NCBI GenBank assembly: GCA_045534785.1
Contig: JAZSKJ010000032.1
Location: forward strand, 18,777 to 82,776
Length of the DNA: 64,000 bases
DNA from: Bacteroidaceae bacterium
GTDB taxonomy: Bacteria > Bacteroidota > Bacteroidia > Bacteroidales > Bacteroidaceae
Direction: 5' to 3'
This document shows positions 1 through 9,000 of this stretch, piece after piece (positions within the stretch are counted from its first letter, which is position 1; every line of letters starts with the position of its first letter). The notes under the pieces are model-generated. The model made no database searches. It had not been told where the DNA came from and worked only from the letters and a program-made list of their open reading frames with translations. The position numbers and the translations under genes were made by a program.

Positions 1-3000
1 CGGCAGCCGAAGTGATGTAAGTACGGAACGGAACGGTAGTAACCGTGCTGTTGGCTTCATCATTCTGGAACTTGTCGCCAGCCTGGCTGAGCAGGTAAGT
101 GGTTGCACCGGCCAGAGTCTTGGTCTGATAGGTAGGCATGTAGGTGTAACCGTCAGTTGCATTCCGGGCGGCTGCTGCATACTCATCATCAGTTACCAGA
201 ATGGTTGTACCTTCGTCTGCCGATGCGAATGTAATGTACTGCTTTCTCAGCTGTGCAGGTACGCCATTTGGCTCGGTAGCTGTATATGATACAGTCCATT
301 CTCCACTCAGGTCAAACTCATAGAAACGCTTGCCCGGGAATCCTATCAGATAAGGAGTACCTGCTGCATAGAGCGGATAATCGCTGTACTCGCGTGCAAT
401 TTTGTAGTAATTCTTCTGGTACTCGTCATCGTTCACATCGGGTCCGGCATTATCGGCCGATTCGCTGTTCCAATGGTAGTAATAATCCCAGAGGAATGTA
501 TTGTTGACAGTCTTGCCTCCATTGGTATCCTTTTCGGGAGCACTAAACATAGCCGTGGTTGTTGTAACCTCATTCTCTGTTGTTGTGCTCACACTGCTCA
601 GATTACGCAGCCAGTATTCATGTCCGGTCTTGCTGCCCTGGTAGAAGTGTGTTATCTCACCCTTCTGATGGGTAGTGACATACTTGGCAGTAAACGGCAG
701 GCTTACGGTCTCCCAGCCGGCATCCATGCTCTCAACGTATGTTGAAGGAACGCGCTGATACCAGATGTAGGAGTTGGTAGGTATCTTGTAGCTGATAGGA
801 GCGTTGAAGTCTTGCCTGTCAACCAGGAAGTGGTTGTTAACGCTCACATAACCATTGTCGGTCAGTCTTACCAGATGACCCTTGATATCATCAATAGCTC
901 TCTGCTCAACAGGTCTCACATTCTTATAACCGTCGTCAAACCCGAATATCAGATCTGCATCCTTATGATAGTAGTTGAGCAGTACGTTATTCTGATCCAT
1001 ATTGTCTGTAAAGTAAACCAGCATGTTCTGGGTCAGGCCATCAGTTATATAGCTGCTCAAGCCGTCAAAGTCAGTGATAGGTGTAAAGAACGCATTGTTA
1101 TTGGTACCCAGGCTCCACTCAGTATCATTGTTCTGGGTGAAGTCTATTGCTGTCATAGACTTGTGGATATCAATGTTGTCATAAGTATCCTTCAATGCTG
1201 CGTAACGGTTAAAGTAAACGCTGCTCTTTTCCTTGCTCTGATAGTAGGCCGGAGTCCTGAATACCCTGTTGTCCGATATACCGTTTGTCAACAGTCCGGA
1301 AGACTTTATAATAACTGCAGGATGTACGTCATGCTCACCGCCACCGTTTACTATATCATAGGTCAGGTTCTGACCGAAGTAGATGTAGTCATCAGGCCAG
1401 ATAGGCGAATAAGGCTCGGTACCCTTGTCACGTATATCGGGATCTTCAGGAATAGAACCCTTTGCATAGATGAAGTCAGGATTATAGTAACGCTGCTCAA
1501 CATAATTCTCAACATAATTGGTCGGATTATTGGGATAATATGCTGTAGTAGGTTCAGCGTTAGCTACATTAATGTCTGCTTTATTCCAAGCTGTGTATGG
1601 TGTCGTGTTGGCAGGAGCCTCAGTAGCATCCTTATACAGGTTGTCATAGTAGCGCTTGTTCAGGTAGAACAGGTTGAGGTTATATGCCACTTCACCGTCC
1701 ATGAACGCCTTAAGATCCTTCTTATGGGTGTCTCTGTTGGCAAGTGTAGCGCTATTGTAGTCATTGTAGTAATAACTGTTGATAACCTTAGCCTCATCGT
1801 TTTCTCCACTATAGCCAATGATAGGATAGGTGCTTGAACTTACCGTACCGTCAGTGAGAACCCAGCAGTTAACAGCCTTACCTGAGCCGACATCTGCTAT
1901 ACCGGGTCCGGTAAATGTACCGGTTACACCTAAGTTATAGACGCTGCCGCAAAGTGAGCCGAACAGTGAGTGGTCAAGTCCGCTTATGGTATGACCGTCA
2001 CCATGCAGAGTACCTTCAAAGCAATCGCTTGCATCACCTACAGGTGTCCATCCTGAGGTCAGATTGATATCACCGTCCAGTATAAAGTCAAGTCTCTGTC
2101 CGTTGGATAAATTGCTAACGCTTGAATTTGAAGCGGTGCTCTTGATCCGATTGAAGAACTCATTGAACTGAGCAAGCTCTGAAGCATCCTTGATGTAAAT
2201 CTTAGGATTGCGCTTTCCTTCCTTGACAGCCTCGTCCAGATACATGTAGTCATTAACGGTATGAGATTCCGGCTCATGTGTATCGGGATTAAGCGTAGTC
2301 TCAACATGAGTGCTGCTCATTACCTTATCCATGCGGTGGTAGTTGGCCACTTTGAACGGTACGGCGTTAGAGTAGGTCTTACCCAGATATGTCTTGGTGT
2401 AGTAAGCTACCAGATAGCCGTCCTGATACCAGTACATAGGAGTCTGGTTATTGGTATAAGGTATACCGTTCTTGTGCTGGTCAGCATCTTCCGGAGTGGT
2501 GAACATCTCCCATCCGCTACCCAGGACCTCGTATGCACCCGGAGTAATGCTAGGTATCTTAAGACCAACGGTGGTACTGGGCAGTACAATAGAGGGAGCC
2601 GACAACTCATCAATGAACGGAACGCCGCTCTTGAAGTTGATGTGTATGTTTACAATGTGCTGCTCTGAGATAGGCTCTATATGCTGTCCGCTCTCGTCAC
2701 TCTCCTCATAATCATACTGGTACATAACTGTTATGACCTTACCCTTTGAGAGGTTGAATATGTCAGACTCTCTTGTTACATAAAGGGTTGAAGTTCCTAT
2801 AGGTGCTGTACCCTGAACGCTGAAGTTTCCTTTCTGCAGGTTAGGCAAATCATTGTAGCCGTCGGCATTCAATATGAATCCTACCGGTACAGTTTGTCCG
2901 CTCGTCTTGGTAACTGAAATACTACTACCGGCTACCGAAGTAACGGCATGTCCCATACCATTCTCATTGACTTCATAACTGTCACGGCAGTAATAGTAAG

Positions 3001-6000
3001 TGTTATTCTGAACACCGGCTTGAGCGGCTGTGAATGTTACAACATCAATATTACTCTTCTGCTCTCCCAGACCATTATAAAATTCCTCTGTTATGGTCTT
3101 TCCTGCTATATAGAACGAACCTCCCTTGGAGAAGCCTTTCTTTATGATGTAGTAGGTGCCAGCCTGATCTACCTTAATTGGCGAGTAATGATACTGCTCA
3201 TTAGGAATAGTCTCATACTCTTCGCGTGTCAATACCCGGTTTGGTGAAATTGTCACGTTTTGATTAGCCTTATTGGTATATGTCAGATTTTCAGTTCCAT
3301 TATATGTGGCAGTGTAGTCAATGGATTGGGTCTGTGAATATAATATCTCCTGATTACCCTCCTTGCTGTCATACAGTGTGGTGTTACCCTTGGTGTAGTT
3401 GGGGTCAATCAGAACATCAAATGCATCATAGTTGAATTCAAAATGAGCACGGTCAGCCTCTGACATTGAACTCCAGGTCTCTATGCCGCGGTAGTTCTTA
3501 CCTGTCTCAAAGTAATCACCTCCATAATTTCCTGCGGTAGTGCAGTACCATGCTACGTCAAAGTAATCACCGTAATTAGCGTCGGGTACTGATACCAGTT
3601 CATTGTATCGTGAGTCGGTAATAAGCTCTCCGTAGTAGATGTACTCATCGTCTCCCAAATCAAGTGTACTGGTGCATAAGTATGCCTCAGCCACATTGCT
3701 GCTTATAGATGACCATTCGGTATCAGTGAACTGAGTCCTGTAGACTGCAGCTCCCGGATTGAGTTGCTTGTCGCCTTGAACAATCTTGGACGTTACTACA
3801 TAAGCTCTCTGCACAATGGCCTGATTATTATTGGGCTTATTGGTTATACTTTCATACGTATCATGTATTGCTCCGGGAATGATATCGCCTTCCTCGTATT
3901 GGCGCTGACCGTAAACGCCGCTTTGGCCTGTTTTAACGGTATAAGTGGGACCCTCATGGTAAAGTGCCTTTTGCTCTGCAGTGAGGTCATTATAATCTTT
4001 AAGATTTACTTTGCCTGTACCGTTCATCCGAGTGTGGTATTTGTCCCAAACTATCGGGTTGGCCATATCATAAGTAAGTATGAAACCTGTGTTATGACTC
4101 AGATTGTTTGACGGACGGAATATGTAGTCAAATGTTACATTAGTTTTGGCGTCAACGTTATATACGGTCTTGTTGGCAGATGCGGTCTTCAGAGCCTGAT
4201 ATTCTGAAGGCAGCATAGTATATCCCTTAGAATAGGGCGTGCCGTCTATTGTAGCATTGGCAATAGTAGTGTAAGTCTCCGGTACAAAAATGTTCTGTTC
4301 GGGTGCGCTTAGCAGATACCAATCCCAGTAGCTGATTGTATCGTTGAGCTTATATGTTACGTTGTTTACTGATACCGTCTTCTTTGATCCGTCACGCAGA
4401 TTCTCTGTCTGACCGCTATTGCTGTAGAATGCATATAGGTTAGGCTGAACATCCTTAAGCTGAATCTTACCGTGAGATTGTGCAGTGATGGTAAGAGGTA
4501 TGTTCACAGATTCGGCATAAGCGTTGGCCGATCCTGTGTATGCCGATATGTACTGGTCATATACATAGATGCTACCCTTTATGTACCAATAGTGTGCAGG
4601 CGAACCGCCATCAAGGTAACTGTTCATATCAGGATAGCAGTCATCCACAATCTGTTTCTGCGGATGTATGAAGTTACCCGATGTCTGGAGTTCAGAAGAA
4701 CTGGTAGGAGTTCCATACTCAAATGCCTTGTTGGTTACGGCTTTTTGGTGAGCTTGAGTGGAACCTACGGTCCTGGGCAGATTGTATTGTGACAGAATGG
4801 TTTGCTCGAGTCCTGTAGTGATCCTGCTGCCATGGATATTCTTGGCATATACATAACCGCCGCCCAAGCCGGTCATCACATTAATAAGGTCAAGTTCAAC
4901 CACACCGGTAATGGGTCCCCAGATCTTATTGTCTTTGGTACTCTCCTCTGTGGTCAGTTCCAGATATACACCCGATGCCAAAGCCACCTTGTTGGCACTT
5001 GCACCGTTGTTGCGTCTGCGCTTATCCTTATAATATTTTGTTTTCCAATTCTCGTAAGTCTGACCGTTAAATTCCGGCTTATAGGTTTCTTCATCCTGAT
5101 TGTCAAATTGGCGCGCGTCATTATAGTAATCAACATCACTCGTAAGAGCTCCCATGTGATTCACCACGCTGTAGATACCGAAATAGTTTCCGTGAACCTT
5201 GTCTTCCTTAGTATTATCGCCGGCTATTGATGCAACTTGGTTCAGCGATACCTCGCCTACACGGTTGATTGTGTAGTCTGTATAGTCAACTATTTCAGGT
5301 ACGCGGTCGCGTGCACCCTGAAGCACCATACGGCTTCCGAATATTCCGCAGAAATCAGCACGCTGGATTGTATTGAGCAATCGGCCCGCATAGATTGATA
5401 CGAAACCTTTCTTTACCCAATAGTGTTCGTTATGATATTGCTCTGCAGTGCCGGTAAACAGTTTGTCATAGTCTTCGGCCGTAAGTTCATCAATTTGTGC
5501 TTCATAAGGATTTCCATTCTTGTCCGTACAGTCCTGAACACACAAGTACTTGAGTTCATAATAGGCCTTCTCACGGTCAGTCATTTGTTCGTACTGCTCG
5601 ATATCAATCTTGTCGGGCTGGCTGAAATAGTCTGTACCGTAGTTTGTGATATTGAGCTCACGGTATCCGTCAACAAGAGTCAGGTTTCCGTCGCCGTAGA
5701 TACCGCCTATATGCTCGGTACCAATGGTTATAAGGTCGCGGTTATATACATCCCGCAAAACGGCAGTTGCGTTTCCAAGAACGGTATTGGTGTTGGCATA
5801 AACCACATCACTACCGGCAGATACGTTACCTCCTGCAAATATGGCGTTACGAATGATTATACCGTCAATGCTAACCTTAGCCCATTGTGCTTCATCATAA
5901 TTCTTATTTCTGAGCTTGTCCAGCTCATCTGTGGGAACATATTCCCCCTTTGCGTATGTAGTACCATCTATGGTGATACCGCCATCAGCTTTAACCAGGG

Positions 6001-9000
6001 CATAAGGCTCAACAATTACACGGCTATCGTCTGTGAGCTTGTTCTCATTTTTATCGCCGTCTACTTTGAAAGTAGTTCCGTTGTGCTCATAATAATAACC
6101 CTCAGTGCTGCTTTCCGAATTGAATCCGTTGCCTGTTGCAACTTCACCTTTTTTGCCGGAACCGGAGTATACAAAACCCAGGTCACCGCCACCGAATACG
6201 TTGCCGTATCCCTGCGCCACGTTGTCAGTAGTTCCTATCTCACCACCACGAATAAATACCTCGGTCTGGCCGAATACATAACCCTTGCAACCCCAGTCTG
6301 AACTGCTGATCTCTTCGTCTGACATGAACTTGCGGCCATCTCCTCCCCAACTGTCAATACCGCGGCCTCCGCCGAATACGTTACGCATTACGTGGCCTCC
6401 GTACATCTCAACATGAGTGTGACCGGCTTTGGATATATGGGCCGGGCCGTTTATAAATTGAGTACCTCCGGTGGCCGGCGTATTACTGACATTACCACGC
6501 CCTATGGGGCCTACCTCGCCGCCACCATACAGGTTGCCGCGTACAGTTCCGCCGTACATCTTGACAACGGTTTGGTCAACAAGGCTGTTTATTACATATC
6601 CTCCGCCAAACACATTGCCGCTCTTGTCCAGGTCATTTACATCTTGGTCATTCAGTTCCTCAACATAATCATTATCCTCATACCTGAAACCTACATGGCC
6701 GTTGTTGACAGTAACTTTTGCCACACCATATATGGTTCCACCTTCACCGCCGCCGTATGCGTTACGTGAAATGGCGGGATCACCACCGTATATGCCGTTT
6801 ACATTTAACTTGCCAATAATGACATTTGACTCACCGTCTATATCATTAGCGATACTTGATGTGGTTATATCGTGCTTGCCCACACTGCCACGCCAGCCGC
6901 CTCCATAGACATTACGTACAGAGCCGCTCTCTATATATGCATATGTCTTTGCTACAAAATTCTTTGTACCGTATTCGTCCATAACAGGACCGCTTGAACC
7001 GGCTGCATAAATATCTCTGCTTACTGTACCTCCAAACAGACCGATGAATGTTGTACCGCTAACTGTTGCGGTAGCACCAAGACCGGCTCCGTAACAATAG
7101 CGTGCTGCATATGCACCTTTCTTTATGTTTACGTTGGTGTTGGTCTTGATGACTTGCTCTTCATCATCTACAGTTATGGTATGTGGATGAACAAGTGCAT
7201 TGTCAAGACCGTTATCGGTATAGAAGTCTCCCAATGATTTATAAACCGTGGCTGTTGTGTTTTCACCGGCGTTCTCAGAAGCATCGGGTGTATAGGTGTT
7301 CCATGCGGCAACAGACTCTTTGTTGAGTACTCTTCCGGCATTACCGCCGCCATAAACTTCGCTTACACTTGCGCCATCTTCCAGGTTGATCTCGGTGTAT
7401 TGTGACCATGTTCCGGCGCCCTTGCCGGCTCCATAAATAGTTGCTGTATAATTACGGGGGTTACCATCTTCGGAATATACAGGAGACCAAATGTTTACTC
7501 GTGTATACAGAGTACGGCGTTTATTGTTGTTGCCGCCATATATGGCCTCATGGATGACTGCATTGCTGCTGTTGAAGTTTACGTTTGACTCATATACATC
7601 GCAAGGTGCACTGTTGCGGATTCCGTAAGAACCGCCGAACAACTCATCTGCAATCAAGGTGGAACCTGTGGGTACGTTTACTACGGTTCTACGTGTTATA
7701 CCCTCTTCATAGCTTCCTCCGTATACGGTAGATAATTCGCCGTGAACAAGGTCAATTACAGCAGATACGGACTCTACGGTAAAGTCCGGATTTTCTGTTA
7801 AATTGGGATTTACTCCCATACCAAGTCCGGAGAATGCACCGGCACCGAATATCTCTGTAGAGGTGAACTTCTTGGAACCGTCAGGTATGTTAACGTAAAC
7901 ATAACTGCGGTCCTGCATCATATCCTGCTTAACGTCGGCCTCTGTTGCGCCGGCATAACCCTGACCTGCACCGAATACCTTGGCTATGGTTGTGCTTGAT
8001 GTGCTATTGGGCATGAAGTTTACAAAGGCACTGGCAAGATAAGGATACGGATTGTTGTTGTGATAACTGTCGTCGGCTGCTAATTTGTGTAACTCATAGC
8101 TATCAGCCGAATAATTGTAGTTACCGCAAGAACCGCCGAAAATGTAGTTGCCTATTTTACCGGATATGTACTCGACATAAGCCGATGCCTGGGTTACATA
8201 AGTGTTCTCAGGATGTGATGAGTCGTAGTTGTAAACCTTGGTTATTTCACTGACTTTATTATAGAAATTGTTTGATCCCAGAATGCTGCCGCCAAAGTCA
8301 TTGCCGCCGAATACGTTGTTCTTTATCTCGGGCGATCCCGCTGTGCCGTCAGCTGCGGTACCTAAGAATGTCTGTGCATAGCCCGAAATGTTAGCGTTGC
8401 AGGCACCTCCGAATGAATCATATACCTTTCCTCCGGACAGATAAACAGATGTGTTGCCATTTACGGCTCCTTCAAATCCGCCGCCGTAAATTTTTCCAAT
8501 CTCACCACCTGTCATGTTGATGGTAGTGTTCTTTGTTACTCCACCTCTAAGACCGCCGCCGAATACCTTAAGGGCGCGTCCGGTACCAACTTCATCACTG
8601 GTTATATTGATGGTGGTATTGCCTATTACTGTTGCTTCAGGACCGAAACCGCCGCCAAATACGCTGAACGGGGTGTTGAACAGATTGACCTGATCGGCAA
8701 GATATGTATCCATGTCCGAGCTTATGGTCGAATTTGACGGAATGATATCCTGCTGTAGGTCTATTAATACATTACCGTTAATGATACCGCTGTTGAAACA
8801 GCCTCCGAATATGTTACCCTGATTACCCGAAGAGGCATTGTCAGGATTGGCAAATATAACACCGTTTACTGTCAGATGAATCTTCAGTTCATCAGCACGG
8901 GCAGGCGTAGCAGTAAAACCACCTTCATGGCGCGCATTAAGGTTTTCGGTAGCCTTAACGAATGCATCGTTACAACCGCCCACCAGTTTATGGGTGATAA